From positions 1 through 61,499 of the forward strand of contig CAZKCT010000006.1 of NCBI GenBank assembly GCA_964551545.1: a DNA stretch of 61,499 bases, in the 5' to 3' direction. How positions within the stretch are numbered: the first letter of the stretch is position 1; every line of letters begins with the position of its first letter. Shown here piece after piece: positions 33,248-44,000 of the stretch. The position numbers were made by a program, and so were the translations under genes. Origin of the DNA: an uncultured Piscirickettsiaceae bacterium (GTDB taxonomy: Bacteria > Pseudomonadota > Gammaproteobacteria > GCF-002020875). The notes below the pieces were generated by a model. That model was given only the letters and a program-made list of their open reading frames with translations. It was not told the origin of the DNA and ran no database searches.

Positions 33248-33897
33248 ATGCCGAAGTAGGCTTCATCTCCTCAAGGACCCGTGACCGGCTGATTACCCAG
33301 TTGCAGGAGAAAGGAATCAGCAACCATGCAGTGCTGAATGTTATCCGTTCTGTTCCGCGACACCTTTTTGTCGACAAGGCGTTGGAGCATCAAGCTTATG
33401 ATGACACCGCGTTGCCGATTGGCCATAAGCAGACTATCTCTCAGCCCTATGTGGTGGCACTGATGACCGAGGCGCTATTGAGAAACGGGGTGCCGCAGAA
33501 GGTGCTGGAGATTGGTACTGGTTCTGGGTATCAGACGGCAGTGCTCTCCAAATTGGTCCCTAAAATTTATACCGTGGAACGTATTGCTCCGCTGGTCCAT
33601 GCTACCCGGGAACGTTTTTCCGAGATGGGCATTCTCAATGTAGAGATGAAGCTGGATGATGGTCATATCGGTTGGGAAGAGAAAGCCCCATTTGATGCGA
33701 TCATTGTGACGGCAGCGCCATCGGGGGTTCCCAAGCGCCTGTTCCAACAGTTGGAGATTGGTGGTCGTATGGTGGTTCCGGTAGGGGCTGAAAATGAGGA
33801 GCAGCGCCTGTTGGAATTAACTCGTACTGAAGAGGGGTTTGAGCAAGTGGATCTTGGTTCTGTACGGTTTGTTCCAATGCGCAGTGGAGCACGCTAA
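33244..33897 (+). CDS. pcm: Protein-L-isoaspartate O-methyltransferase
   Basis: SAM-binding motif VLEIGTGSGYQTAVL. The ATG overlaps the surE stop (ATGA). Confidence 0.93.
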   Translation: MNAEVGFISSRTRDRLITQLQEKGISNHAVLNVIRSVPRHLFVDKALEHQAYDDTALPIGHKQTISQPYVVALMTEALLRNGVPQKVLEIGTGSGYQTAVLSKLVPKIYTVERIAPLVHATRERFSEMGILNVEMKLDDGHIGWEEKAPFDAIIVTAAPSGVPKRLFQQLEIGGRMVVPVGAENEEQRLLELTRTEEGFEQVDLGSVRFVPMRSGAR

Positions 33898-34475
33898 TGG
33901 AGTGGATGAGACGCATGAATCAGCGTGTTGCCACTTGGGCGGACCGTCCCAATGCCGAGCGAATTTTGGGTGGGCTCAGCTTTGCTGAATCGAGTTTCTT
34001 TCCGGTGCCTCCCGATGTGCTGCTGGCACCGATGACGCTGGCGCACCCCGATCGAGGTTGGCACTATGCCACCCTGGTGACCATTACATCGGTATTGGGT
34101 GGACTGTTTGGCTATCTGATTGGACTCTATGGGATCCATCTGGTTGAGCCAATGATCATTGAGTCCGGTTATGCCGACGCCTACCAGCAGGCACAACTGC
34201 TATTTGAGCAGCATGGGATCTGGGTCATATTTCTTGCTGGATTTTCTCCCATTCCCTATAAGCTCTTTACTATTACTGCAGGAGCACTGAGTATGTCACT
34301 GCCGCTGTTCCTGCTGGCTTCACTGGTGGGGCGAGGCGGGCGTTTCTTTCTGGTGGCGGCCTTTGTCATCTGGGGAGGAGAGCGCTTTCTCAGTATGGAG
34401 CGTGCATGGATGACCCGGATTGGCTGGATTGTGGTGCTGATGGCGGCCACCTACTATTTTCTGTCGGGCGGGTGA
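33897..34475 (+). CDS. YqaA/DedA-type inner-membrane protein
   Basis: Motif SFAESSFFPVPPDVLL plus multiple TM segments. The start overlaps the pcm stop (TAATG). Confidence 0.7.
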   Translation: MEWMRRMNQRVATWADRPNAERILGGLSFAESSFFPVPPDVLLAPMTLAHPDRGWHYATLVTITSVLGGLFGYLIGLYGIHLVEPMIIESGYADAYQQAQLLFEQHGIWVIFLAGFSPIPYKLFTITAGALSMSLPLFLLASLVGRGGRFFLVAAFVIWGGERFLSMERAWMTRIGWIVVLMAATYYFLSGG

Positions 34476-34488
34476 AGAGAGTCTATTG

Positions 34489-35421
34489 ATGGCGCCTATG
34501 GGACAGTTCTACCACGGTTGGAGAGGAGTGATTGTCGGTGGGCTAATCTTGCTGCTGCTTGCAGGCTGTACCAGCCAGCGTCCTCCAATCTCTCCGGTTG
34601 CCAACGAGACCCAACTGGCCGGTGCGATTCCAGACCGCTATACCGTTCGTACCGGGGATTCGCTCTATATGATCGCGATGGAGTTTGATCTTGATTATCG
34701 TGACCTTGCCGCCTGGAATGGAATCACCGCGCCCTATCTGATCTATCGTGGGCAGGTACTGCAACTGCACCCCACCATGCAGAACAAACGAGCGCGCGTT
34801 GCCACTTCCGGGGATTACTATACCGTTCAGTCTGGAGATACACTCAGCGGAATTGCGGCCCGCTTCGGAGTCAAGATGAGGCAGTTGGCGCAGTGGAACC
34901 AGCTCTCCAAGCCCTACCAGATCCATGTGGGTCAGAAATTGAGAGTTCGTGGTGGGGATGCGCGCAAGATCTCTACAAGAGACCAGGAGAAGGCGCGTAC
35001 TATGGAGAAAAAGAGCCATCGTAACACCAGTGGTGGCTCTTCCTCTGCAAAGGCCACTGCATTGAAGTGGCCCAGTTCTGGGAAGGTCGCCAAGAAATAT
35101 TCCAAATCTCGTGGCATGACAGGCGTTGAGTTTCATGGCAGGCGAGGAGACCCGATTCGAGCGGCAGGGAACGGGAAAGTGGTCTATAGCGGGAGTGGTC
35201 TGGTACGCTATGGAAAATTGTTGATTGTGAAGCATGACAATAATCTGTTGACGGCCTATGCCCACAACAGTGAATTACAAGTGGCTGAGGGTGATCTGGT
35301 GAAGGCGGGACAGCAGATCGCGAAGATGGGGAGTAGTGGTACCAATCAGGTGAAGCTCCACTTTGAGGTGAGAAAAAGTGGGAAGCCGATTGACCCAATG
35401 CGCTTTCTTTCAAGACGCTAG
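34489..35421 (+). CDS. nlpD: Murein hydrolase activator lipoprotein NlpD (LysM x2 + M23 peptidase domain)
   Basis: Lipobox LLLLAGC. Two LysM repeats are present (YTVRTGDSLYMIA.., YTVQSGDTLSGIA..). The C-terminal M23 domain contains LLIVKHDNNLLTAYAHN...LHFEVR. Confidence 0.9.
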   Translation: MAPMGQFYHGWRGVIVGGLILLLLAGCTSQRPPISPVANETQLAGAIPDRYTVRTGDSLYMIAMEFDLDYRDLAAWNGITAPYLIYRGQVLQLHPTMQNKRARVATSGDYYTVQSGDTLSGIAARFGVKMRQLAQWNQLSKPYQIHVGQKLRVRGGDARKISTRDQEKARTMEKKSHRNTSGGSSSAKATALKWPSSGKVAKKYSKSRGMTGVEFHGRRGDPIRAAGNGKVVYSGSGLVRYGKLLIVKHDNNLLTAYAHNSELQVAEGDLVKAGQQIAKMGSSGTNQVKLHFEVRKSGKPIDPMRFLSRR

Positions 35422-35585
35422 GAGTCTGTCGGATTTAGGATGCCGTAGCGAGAGAAATCTGATTTGAGGCAAATTTGTTCATCGTTTGAGGCGAATAGCC
35501 AAAGCTATTTAACGAAAAGGATGGGGAAATTTGACCAAATTCAGGTTTTTCGCAGTAGGTATTCATAAATCCGACAGACTCCTAG
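35418..35585. repeat. 168-bp near-symmetric palindromic (MITE-like) element with perfect 20-bp terminal inverted repeats
   Basis: ctaggagtctgtcggattta (35418-35437) is the exact reverse complement of 35566-35585. The next 39 nt inward on each side match at 25/39 positions. A central hairpin aatagc-caaa-gctatt lies at the symmetry centre (35494-35509). The left arm contains the nlpD TAG stop. Confidence 0.75.
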
Positions 35586-35608
35586 GCAGGGGATCAAAGG
35601 GGAGATGA

Positions 35609-36487
35609 GTGTCTGACTCAGAACAGAAAAAGTTTGCATCCAGCCCCTTGTCGGGGAAAAATCATGATGCGCTCCACCTCTATATGCAGGAGATTCAGGC
35701 GTTCTCCCTGCTTACGGCGGATGAGGAGAAATTCTGGGGGCGCAAAGTGCAGCAGGGGGATTTGGATGCACGGAATAGCCTGATTGAGGCTAACTTGCGA
35801 CTGGTGGTGAGTATCGCACGGCGTTATCAGCATCGCGGCGTAGCACTGATGGATTTGATAGAGGAGGGCAATCTGGGGCTGATGCGTGCAGTGGAGAAGT
35901 TTGACCCTGAGCGCGGCTTCCGCTTTTCAACGTATGCGACCTGGTGGATTCGGCAGAGCGTAGATCGGGCCATCATTAATCAGGCTCGAACAGTTCGCCT
36001 TCCAGTCCATATCATGCGGGAGATGAATCGCTACCTGCAGGCAGCTCGCCACCTCTCGCAGAGTGGTGGTCATGAGCCTAATTCTGCAGAGATTGCCAGT
36101 TTTCTGGAGGGGTCTGAGAAAGAGGTGGATCGCATTTTGGGGTTGCGTGACCAGGAAACATCAACCGACCTGCCCGCTGCCAAAGGATCCAATCGCACCA
36201 TCGGTGAGGGCATTGAGGATGCCTCGTTGCATAAACAGGATGAGATTTTGCTTCAGGAGGAGATATTCTCCCATCTGAGTGAGTGGCTGGATGGGCTGGA
36301 TGCCAGAGAGCGTAAGGTGGTGGTTCATCGCTTCGGCCTCCTCGACCAGGAAGAGATGACGTTGGAGAAGCTAGGGCAAGAGCTTGGGGTGACCCGGGAG
36401 CGTGTGCGTCAGATTCAGCTGGAGGCGTTACGCCATCTTCACGCCATTCTGGATCGAGCCGGTTATTCAGAAGAGACAGTTCTCTGA
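35609..36487 (+). CDS. rpoS: RNA polymerase sigma factor RpoS (sigma-38)
   Basis: GTG start with an upstream AAAGGGGAG Shine-Dalgarno sequence. Sigma-70 region 2 is present ([31 protein letters not shown]), as is region 4 ([12 protein letters not shown]). The position after nlpD is the canonical one for rpoS. Confidence 0.9.
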   Translation: MSDSEQKKFASSPLSGKNHDALHLYMQEIQAFSLLTADEEKFWGRKVQQGDLDARNSLIEANLRLVVSIARRYQHRGVALMDLIEEGNLGLMRAVEKFDPERGFRFSTYATWWIRQSVDRAIINQARTVRLPVHIMREMNRYLQAARHLSQSGGHEPNSAEIASFLEGSEKEVDRILGLRDQETSTDLPAAKGSNRTIGEGIEDASLHKQDEILLQEEIFSHLSEWLDGLDARERKVVVHRFGLLDQEEMTLEKLGQELGVTRERVRQIQLEALRHLHAILDRAGYSEETVL

Positions 36488-36870
36488 GGCGTTTGTTCAG
36501 TCTCAAGAATGAGTCCTGCAACCACGCGCCTGCCTTGAGAGAGCAGTAGATTGTAGGTGCGGCAGGCGGCATCGGTTGTCATGATCTCCATCCCGGGAAA
36601 GAGTTGAAGCCACTGCTGCTGTTCCGAGGTGTGCCAGTTGACGCGATTTTTTCCGCTGCCAATGATCACAATTTCGGGGGAGAGGGCGATGATCTGTTCC
36701 AGATGTGCTCGCTTTAGCTGTGTGGGAGCATCGGGTCCCCAAGTGGTGTCGATCTGATCGGGAGCGAGGAGCAGACTGCGCTCAAAGCGTTGCTCGCCAA
36801 TGGTGATGCCATCGGCCTCGTAACGGCGAATGGCATACCCCTCGGTCATTGATTCCTGTAGTAGATTCAT
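36463..36870 (-). CDS. Mth938-like (DUF498, NDUFAF3-like) domain protein
   Basis: 135-aa product with the family-typical layout I..Y....I.I....F..S.L.....I...W...... and the segment [11 protein letters not shown]. The family call comes from memory of the pattern and is not verified. Its 3' end overlaps the rpoS 3' end by 25 nt. Confidence 0.55.
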   Translation of the reverse strand: MNLLQESMTEGYAIRRYEADGITIGEQRFERSLLLAPDQIDTTWGPDAPTQLKRAHLEQIIALSPEIVIIGSGKNRVNWHTSEQQQWLQLFPGMEIMTTDAACRTYNLLLSQGRRVVAGLILETEQTPQRTVSSE

Positions 36871-36895
36871 GGCTCTATTTTCATCCTTTTTCTAT

Positions 36896-37061
36896 TACCC
36901 GAATCCCCACTTAGAAAGTTGGCATATAGCACCACGCCCTGCTTCCAATAGGCTCACAAAAAATGCCCGCTTAACCGATGGGTGAAGCTAAGATTTTTTG
37001 CAGACCTCTTGAAAACAGGGCCCAGCACTCTATATCCAGTTTCTAAATAGGGATTCGGGTA
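36896..37061. repeat. 166-bp near-symmetric palindromic (MITE-like) element
   Basis: tacccgaatccccacttagaa (36896-36916) pairs with ttctaaatagggattcgggta (37041-37061) at 19/21 positions, and the outer 12 are perfect. A central hairpin gcttaacc / ggtgaagc lies at the symmetry centre (about 36978). Confidence 0.65.
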
Positions 37062-37133
37062 TCGTGCATTTTATCCTTGAGATATACTTTCATGCTCATT
37101 TTTATTGGTACCGAATGTTCGGAGTAAAAGGTC

Positions 37134-38345
37134 TTGATTGAAGATTTTCAGAGAATCAAACGTCTACCCCCCTACGTCTTCAATATCGTCAATGAACTGA
37201 AGGCAAAAGCGCGCAAGCGGGGGGAAGATATCATTGATTTTGGGATGGGCAACCCTGATCAGCCAACCCCACAACACATTGTGGACAAGTTGTCTGAGGC
37301 GGCGCAGCGCCCTGATACCCACCGCTACTCCATGTCCAAAGGGATTCCACGCCTGCGTCGTGCCATCACCAACTGGTATCGAGATCGCTATGAAGTGGAG
37401 CTGGATCCCGAGCGTGAGGCGATTGTCACCATCGGCTCCAAGGAGGGGTTGGCCCATCTGGCGCTGGCGACCGTTGGTCCTGGTGATAGTGTGTTGGTTC
37501 CCAATCCGGCTTATCCGATCCACCCTTACGGCTTCATTATTGCCGGTGCAGATATTCGACATGTTCCGCTGGTTGAGTCGGAAGAGGATTTCTTCATCGA
37601 GCTGGAAAAGGCGATCAAGGACTCTTGGCCACGCCCCAAAATGCTGGTGCTGAACTTTCCCGGAAACCCAACCACCCACTGTGTGGAGCTGGAGTTCTTC
37701 GAGCGCGTCGTGGCGTTGGCGAAAGAGCACAAGATCTGGGTGGTTCATGATCTGGCCTATGCCGATATTGTTTTTGATGGGTACAAGGCACCATCCATTC
37801 TTCAGGTCGAAGGGGCCAAGGATGTTGCGGTGGAGTTTTTTACCCTCTCCAAGAGTTACAACATGCCGGGTTGGCGAGTCGGCTTTATGGTGGGCAACCC
37901 AACACTGGTTGCTGCGTTGGCGAGAATGAAATCCTATCTCGACTATGGCATGTTTACCCCGATTCAGGTAGCGGCCATTGCGGCACTGGAGGGACCACAG
38001 GATTGTGTGCAGGAGATCTGCGATATGTACCGCAAGCGCCGGGATGCGCTCTGTAGTGGGCTGAATTCAGTCAGCTGGTTCGTAGAGCCTCCCAAGGCGA
38101 CGATGTTTGTCTGGGCACAGATCCCGGAGCACTATCGTGAGATGGGCTCGCTGGAATTTTCCAAAAAGCTGCTGAAAGAGGCCAGGGTAGCGGTCTCTCC
38201 AGGGATTGGATTTGGAGAATACGGCGATGAATATGTACGTTTCGGATTGATCGAGAATGAGCATCGCACGAAACAGGCGGTTCGCGGCATTCGTGAGATG
38301 TTCAAGAAAGATGGCATTCTTGAGAATGATGCATCGACGAATTAA
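37134..38345 (+). CDS. PLP-dependent class I aminotransferase (AlaC/alanine transaminase-like)
   Basis: N-terminus [17 protein letters not shown]. The PLP-lysine motif is [14 protein letters not shown]. An aminotransferase-hom-thrC arrangement is common. The TTG start in the ORF track is uncertain. Confidence 0.85.
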   Translation: MIEDFQRIKRLPPYVFNIVNELKAKARKRGEDIIDFGMGNPDQPTPQHIVDKLSEAAQRPDTHRYSMSKGIPRLRRAITNWYRDRYEVELDPEREAIVTIGSKEGLAHLALATVGPGDSVLVPNPAYPIHPYGFIIAGADIRHVPLVESEEDFFIELEKAIKDSWPRPKMLVLNFPGNPTTHCVELEFFERVVALAKEHKIWVVHDLAYADIVFDGYKAPSILQVEGAKDVAVEFFTLSKSYNMPGWRVGFMVGNPTLVAALARMKSYLDYGMFTPIQVAAIAALEGPQDCVQEICDMYRKRRDALCSGLNSVSWFVEPPKATMFVWAQIPEHYREMGSLEFSKKLLKEARVAVSPGIGFGEYGDEYVRFGLIENEHRTKQAVRGIREMFKKDGILENDASTN

Positions 38346-38397
38346 TGAGGCTCGACATCATAGAGCCGTCACAGATTGAAAGGGAAGTAGAGAAGGT

Positions 38398-39708
38398 ATG
38401 AAACCGGTAAAAGTGGGTATCCTCGGGCTAGGTACCGTGGGGTGTGGCAGTGTAAATGTCTTGACACGCAATGCAGAAGAGATCGCACGTCGTGCGGGGC
38501 GTCAGATTGAGGTCAGCATGGCAGCGGTGAGAGATCTTGATCGCCCAAGAATTTGTGGTACAGAGGGGATTCGCCTAACGACGGACCCTTTTGAGGTGGC
38601 CAACGATCCTGAGGTAGAGATTGTTCTTGAGCTGATGGGTGGTACCGAGTTTGCGCGTGAAGTGGTGCTGGCTGCGCTGGAGCAGGGTAAGCATGTGGTG
38701 ACTGCCAATAAGGCGCTGATTGCCACCCATGGTAATGAGCTATTTGAACTGGCGCAGAAGAAAGGGGTGATGGTTGCCTTTGAGGCAGCGGTTGCTGGCG
38801 GGATTCCGATCATCAAATCTGTGCGTGAAGGGCTCTCTGCGAACCAGATTCAGTGGCTTGCAGGCATCATTAACGGTACCGGTAACTTCATTTTGACTGA
38901 GATGCGCGACAAAGGGCGCGCTTTTGAGGATGTGCTCAAAGAGGCGCAGGAGCTGGGCTATGCCGAGGCAGATCCCACCTTTGATGTCGAGGGGATCGAT
39001 GCGGCACACAAACTGACGATTCTTGCCTCGATCGCCTTTGGGGTTCCGCTCAAGTTTGAGCAGGCAATGACCGAAGGAATCACCAAAGTGACTGCAGAGG
39101 ATGTTGCCTATGCAGAAGAGCTGGGTTATCGCATCAAACACCTTGGTGTGGCGCGTAAGACTGAGAATGGTGTTGAACTACGTGTTCACCCGACCCTGAT
39201 CCCGGAGCGCCAGCTGATTGCCAATGTGGATGGCGTGATGAATGCGGTGTTGGTGATGGGCGATGCAGTGGGGCCAACCCTCTACTATGGTGCCGGTGCG
39301 GGTGATGAGCCGACCGCCTCTGCGGTGGTTGCGGATACGGTCGATGTGGTTCGTGCCATGACGGCGGATCCGGAGAATCGCGTGCCCCATCTTGCCTTCC
39401 AGCCTGACTCACTGGAGGATCTGCCAATTCTACCGATTGAGCAGATCGAGACTGCCTATTACCTGCGCATCGCGGTGGAGGACAAGCCAGGTGTGCTGGC
39501 GGATATCACCCGCATTTTGGGTGAAAATGAGATCAGTATCGAGGCCTTTATGCAGAAGGACAATACCGATGGCAGTAGCCAAGTACCCATTGTGTTGCTG
39601 ACCCATAAGACTCAGGAAGGGAAGATGAATCAGGCGATCCGTGCAATTGAGGCACTGGACTGTGTAGACGGATCGGTCATGCGTATCCGTATGGAAACCT
39701 TAGATTAA
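38398..39708 (+). CDS. hom: Homoserine dehydrogenase
   Basis: NAD-binding VGILGLGTVG, the catalytic domain, and a C-terminal ACT domain. Confidence 0.93.
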   Translation: MKPVKVGILGLGTVGCGSVNVLTRNAEEIARRAGRQIEVSMAAVRDLDRPRICGTEGIRLTTDPFEVANDPEVEIVLELMGGTEFAREVVLAALEQGKHVVTANKALIATHGNELFELAQKKGVMVAFEAAVAGGIPIIKSVREGLSANQIQWLAGIINGTGNFILTEMRDKGRAFEDVLKEAQELGYAEADPTFDVEGIDAAHKLTILASIAFGVPLKFEQAMTEGITKVTAEDVAYAEELGYRIKHLGVARKTENGVELRVHPTLIPERQLIANVDGVMNAVLVMGDAVGPTLYYGAGAGDEPTASAVVADTVDVVRAMTADPENRVPHLAFQPDSLEDLPILPIEQIETAYYLRIAVEDKPGVLADITRILGENEISIEAFMQKDNTDGSSQVPIVLLTHKTQEGKMNQAIRAIEALDCVDGSVMRIRMETLD

Positions 39709-39720
39709 GAGAGAAGAGCA

Positions 39721-40797
39721 ATGACATTTCGTACCCGTTACACTGGATTGATTGAAAACTACCGCGACCGTCTTCCGGTGAGTGAAGAGACCAAAGTGAT
39801 CAGCCTGGGCGAGGGCAATACCCCGCTGATCCAGTTGCAGAATATCCCTGCCGATCAAGGAGTCGATGCGGATATCTACGTCAAGTATGAGGGGCTCAAT
39901 CCGACCGGATCGTTTAAGGATCGCGGCATGTGCATGGCAGTCACCAAGGCCGTGGAAGAGGGAAGCAAGGCAATTATCTGCGCCTCTACAGGTAATACCT
40001 CTGCAGCGGCAGCGGCTTATGCAGCACGCGCCGGGATTACCGCATTTGTACTGATTCCCGATGGCAAGATTGCATTGGGCAAGCTGGCGCAGGCGATGAT
40101 GCATGGTGCCGTAGTCATCCAGATCAAGGGCAACTTCGATGCGGGGATGCAGCTGGTCAAGGAGATTGGTGAGAATACGCCAGTCACCATTGTGAACTCC
40201 ATCAACCCCTTCCGTCTACAAGGACAGAAGACGGCAGCCTTCGAGATTGTAGAAGAGCTGGGTCAGGCGCCAGACTACCACTGTCTGCCGGTGGGTAATG
40301 CGGGCAATATCTCCGCGCACTGGATGGGCTACAAAGAGTATGCTGAAGATGGGATAGTTTCTAATCGTCCCAAGATGGTGGGTTATCAGGCGGCGGGCGC
40401 AGCACCCTTCATGCGTGGTGAGATGGTTGATGAACCAGAGACCGTCGCGACCGCGATCCGTATTGGCCATCCTCAGAGCTGGGACAAGGCGTGGAAGGTT
40501 AAAGAGGAGTCCGAAGGGTGGTTTGATGAGTGCAGTGATGAAGAGATTCTGGCCGCACAGAAACTGCTTGCTGAGAAGGAGGGCGTCTTCTGTGAACCTG
40601 CATCTGCCACCTCAGTGGCTGGTGCGCTACGTGACCTCAAGAGCGGCAAGATTCCAGCTGGTAGCAAGGTGGTCTGCACCTTGACCGGACATGGTCTGAA
40701 AGATCCGGATACCGCGATTAAGCAGAGCACACGTCCATTGATCACGGTTGATGCAACGCTGGATGAGGTCAAGGAAGTGATTCTGGATAATATGTAA
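39721..40797 (+). CDS. thrC: Threonine synthase
   Basis: PLP-lysine motif NPTGSFKDRG, plus SSGNT-like ASTGNTSAA. Confidence 0.93.
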   Translation: MTFRTRYTGLIENYRDRLPVSEETKVISLGEGNTPLIQLQNIPADQGVDADIYVKYEGLNPTGSFKDRGMCMAVTKAVEEGSKAIICASTGNTSAAAAAYAARAGITAFVLIPDGKIALGKLAQAMMHGAVVIQIKGNFDAGMQLVKEIGENTPVTIVNSINPFRLQGQKTAAFEIVEELGQAPDYHCLPVGNAGNISAHWMGYKEYAEDGIVSNRPKMVGYQAAGAAPFMRGEMVDEPETVATAIRIGHPQSWDKAWKVKEESEGWFDECSDEEILAAQKLLAEKEGVFCEPASATSVAGALRDLKSGKIPAGSKVVCTLTGHGLKDPDTAIKQSTRPLITVDATLDEVKEVILDNM

Positions 40798-40822
40798 CGG
40801 TTAACCGTAATGTTGATGAAAG

Positions 40823-40854
40823 GGCTATAGGGCATGGTTCTGTAGCCTTTTTTT
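40823..40854 (+). terminator. Rho-independent terminator after thrC
   Basis: 8-bp stem ggctatag / ctgtagcc (one G-U pair) with a 9-nt loop, followed by seven Ts. Confidence 0.75.
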
Positions 40855-40890
40855 GTGTAACAATTTGTAACGAAAAGGAAAAAAATAATT

Positions 40891-40899
40891 TGGTAATAT
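40891..40899 (+). promoter_or_regulatory. Candidate extended -10 element (TGgTAATAT) upstream of the island operon
   Basis: TG at 40891-40892 and TAATAT at 40894-40899, within a 170-bp AT-rich leader. I saw no good -35. Several alternative -10-like hexamers exist in this AT-rich stretch. Confidence 0.25.
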
Positions 40900-41026
40900 G
40901 AAGACGTTGAGCGGTTAACGTTATAAATTATACGGAATTTGTATAGTGCGGCCTCCATGCGGAAAGGCCAAGTTTCTCATAAATTTTCGTTTTGATTTGA
41001 TGTGGCAGTTGTTAGAAGGTTAAAAA

Positions 41027-44000
41027 ATGGCAGGCTTAAAGCGCATTATCTTAATCGATACAGGACTCTTTCCAGGGAGAGATACTTTTCTGGATGTCAG
41101 TGGCCATACAACTGCCACAGGGACAAACGGCTCTGGCAAGACTTCGCTGATTTTGCTGATTCCCTTCTTTTATGGTCATGAGCCCCGATCACTCTCAACC
41201 CATGCAGCGGATAAGCAGAGTTTTGTCGATTTCTACCTTCCTAGAGTCAGTAGCTTACTGATATTCGAGTATGAAAACCACCTGGGAGAAGGAGTATGTG
41301 TTGTTGCCTCTCGATCTGTCTCGGGGTCGAGTGTGGTATACCAGTTCGTTAATGCCGCTTATGCGCCAGAGCTCTTTGTCAACGATAATGACAACTGTTT
41401 TTTTAATCGAGATGAGGTCTCTCATCAATGGGATCGTCTTGATATAGAGCACTCACCCAAGATTCAGAATATCAGAGAGTATCGCTCGATCATCCAGCAT
41501 GACACCAAGGTGATCCGATATTCATCAGAACGCAAGAAGCTACAGAGAATTGCGCAAAGCTATGCTTTAGGAAGTCGGAAAGACCCATTGCAGCACATGG
41601 AGAAGGTGACCCACTCAATTCTTACTGGGGTTGGAAGCATCTCTGGTATCAAGTCCATTCTTGCATCCATCCTGGAGAAGAAAATCGAGATCCCTTCTGC
41701 TCCGAAGAATGATAAGGCTATTGGCTCCTTTCAGGGGGCTTTGAGCGATTTTGAAACCATACTCAAGAGGGGAAAAATACCTGAAGCAGTTCGGGAGATG
41801 AACAAGTACCACTCTATTCGAGAGGAGCTTCGAAATATCCGTTTTCTCCTTGAGCAGAAAATGGTGGAGGGCAGTGAAGAACTTGAGCTGAAAAAAGAGA
41901 AGCTTGATCAGCTGGTGCTGTCCAACAGTAAAGCAAAAGCCAAACGGGATGAGGCTATCGAAGAGCTTACTGAAAGTGAGATTAAGGCCAGGAAAGAGAG
42001 TGAGAGTGCGGGTAAGCTAGTGTCCCGCGTCCTGAAAAAGAAAGAAGAGTATGAAGAGAAGGATGCAGAACAGGCGAAGCGTAAGCTGGAAACAGTCAGT
42101 GAACTGCAGTCCAGAGAGAGTGTAGCTAAATCGAGATATGAAACACTAATCGGGGAGTTCAAGGAGCTTGAGGAAGAGCATAGTAAGCGTAAAGATAAAC
42201 TTCAATTGGCTCACGATGCCTTGGTACAGTCAAAGAAGGGTGAGATTGCTGAAATCAAATTGAGGTTGGTGCAGCTTAATAGTGACCAAAAAGTTGAAGA
42301 AAATAAGTTGGAGCAAGAGAAGCTGATTGATATCAGTCGTATTAACTCCCAGCGTGCGGAGAAAAGAACAGAGTTAGCACAGAACCTTGCTACGCTCGAA
42401 GAGCGACTGAAGCACTCTTTTAAAACACCTGAAGAAGATGCGATTATCTCCAGTCGAACAGACCAGCGGGATGGCTTGATAAATGAGCAAAATGGACAGC
42501 AGGAAGAGTTCAATCGTATCCGTCAAGAGAAGGGAGGGGCAAAAGGAAAGTTGGATGATCTTGTTCGTCAGTATGAAGATCAGCATGAATCGGTCAAGGG
42601 TTTAAAGAGTCGCAAGCAACAGCTACTTAAAGACTACAATCCTAAAGACAGCACTTTTCTTTCAGCGCTGAAACAGTCAGATCCTGCTTGGAGTGAAACG
42701 GTTTCCAAGGTGATTAGTGGGGAGCTATTGCATCGAACAGACCTATCGCCAGAATTGATTGAGCAGGCCGAAAAACTCCTGTACGGCTGGGATCTTGATC
42801 TATCCAGAATTGAGTTGCCAGATTTTGCACAATCTGATGAATGGCTCAGGGAGGCTATTGATAGGCTGGAGCGTAAGATCATCAATGAAAAGGAGGTGCG
42901 AGAAACCTGGAACCAAAGTGTTGAAAAGCAGCGTGCTGATTTGAAGGGGTTGGAGGAAGCGTATGAACTACAGAAAACTACTCTTGCTCAAGTCTCAGGA
43001 AATCTAACGGCAGCAAACGAAGCGCTTGCTATATACCTTAGTGATGTTGATGCCCTTGTTGCAGAACGGAAAAAGCAGGAAAAGCAAGAGGCGGATGACC
43101 TTGCATCCAAGATTGATAAATTCGATATCGAGACCAAATTGTTAATAAGTGCTGTTGCAGACCAGTACCGGGAGAGCCAGAACAATGTAATCGGTAACTT
43201 TGGAATCCAGATTGGAGATCAAGAAAGTCGAAAACAATCCATAACGGATGAGATTACAAGTGCTGAAAAACAGCACAAGCTGGATATCAGGCAAGCAGAG
43301 GATGACTATTTTCAGCTTCTCTCTGAAAATGGAGTAGACGAAGAGATAGTTAAAACTGCCGATAGTGAGCGACAAAAGCTGAAAGAGGAGCTTCAGTCTG
43401 TTGAAAATTCCAGGCCATTTGTCCGTGAATATACGGAGTGGCTGGAGGCGGTATGGAGCAACTTAAATCAGTACGAAAGTGATGCCAGAGATGCCAATTC
43501 AACTCATCAGGATTTCTACAGTCAATTAGAGCAGGCCAAAAAGGAGCATCGCAACAAGCGAACCAGAGAGAAGAAGAAGGTGTCTGCTGCACAGGAGGAG
43601 ATCAAAAGTCTGGCAGATTTGACCGAGGAGTTATCACGTATATCAGCTGCTTTAGAAAGGGAAAATGTGCCAGCTGAAGAGCCGATCAATCCCCTGGTTC
43701 AGGATGTCGATACATTGAAGCAACGTGTTGATACCTTGCTTCATGATAATCATAAGCAGTCCAGAAAGCTGGTTCAGCTCTCACGTGGCGCAACTTTGAT
43801 TATTAAAGAGTGCCAAACTAAAGCGATCAAAGATGCATGGAGTGCGCATAGCCGCGAGCTTCTTGCAGAATTGAACAAGACTGCGAAGGGTGATGTTACA
43901 GAATTTGATGAGCAGTATTTTCATCAGGCTCCCATTGCACTTTCACAGTTTATGGGTGAGGATCTTGAGAAAATTGAAGACCTCTTTTCTGAGCAGGTTG

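Noticed and set aside
35418-37061. The idea that the two palindromic elements (35418-35585 and 36896-37061) are copies of one repeat family, or the ends of a composite element carrying rpoS.
   Set aside because: Their termini and interiors do not align convincingly by eye; only the size and architecture are shared. rpoS after nlpD is ancestral synteny, not cargo.
40984-41005. Possible att-like direct repeats at the island edges. The motifs aaattttc and ttgattt occur both at 40981-41005 and at 48066-48088.
   Set aside because: The two motifs occur in different order on the two sides. They are short and lie in AT-rich DNA where such matches are expected by chance. No recombinase is present to give them meaning.
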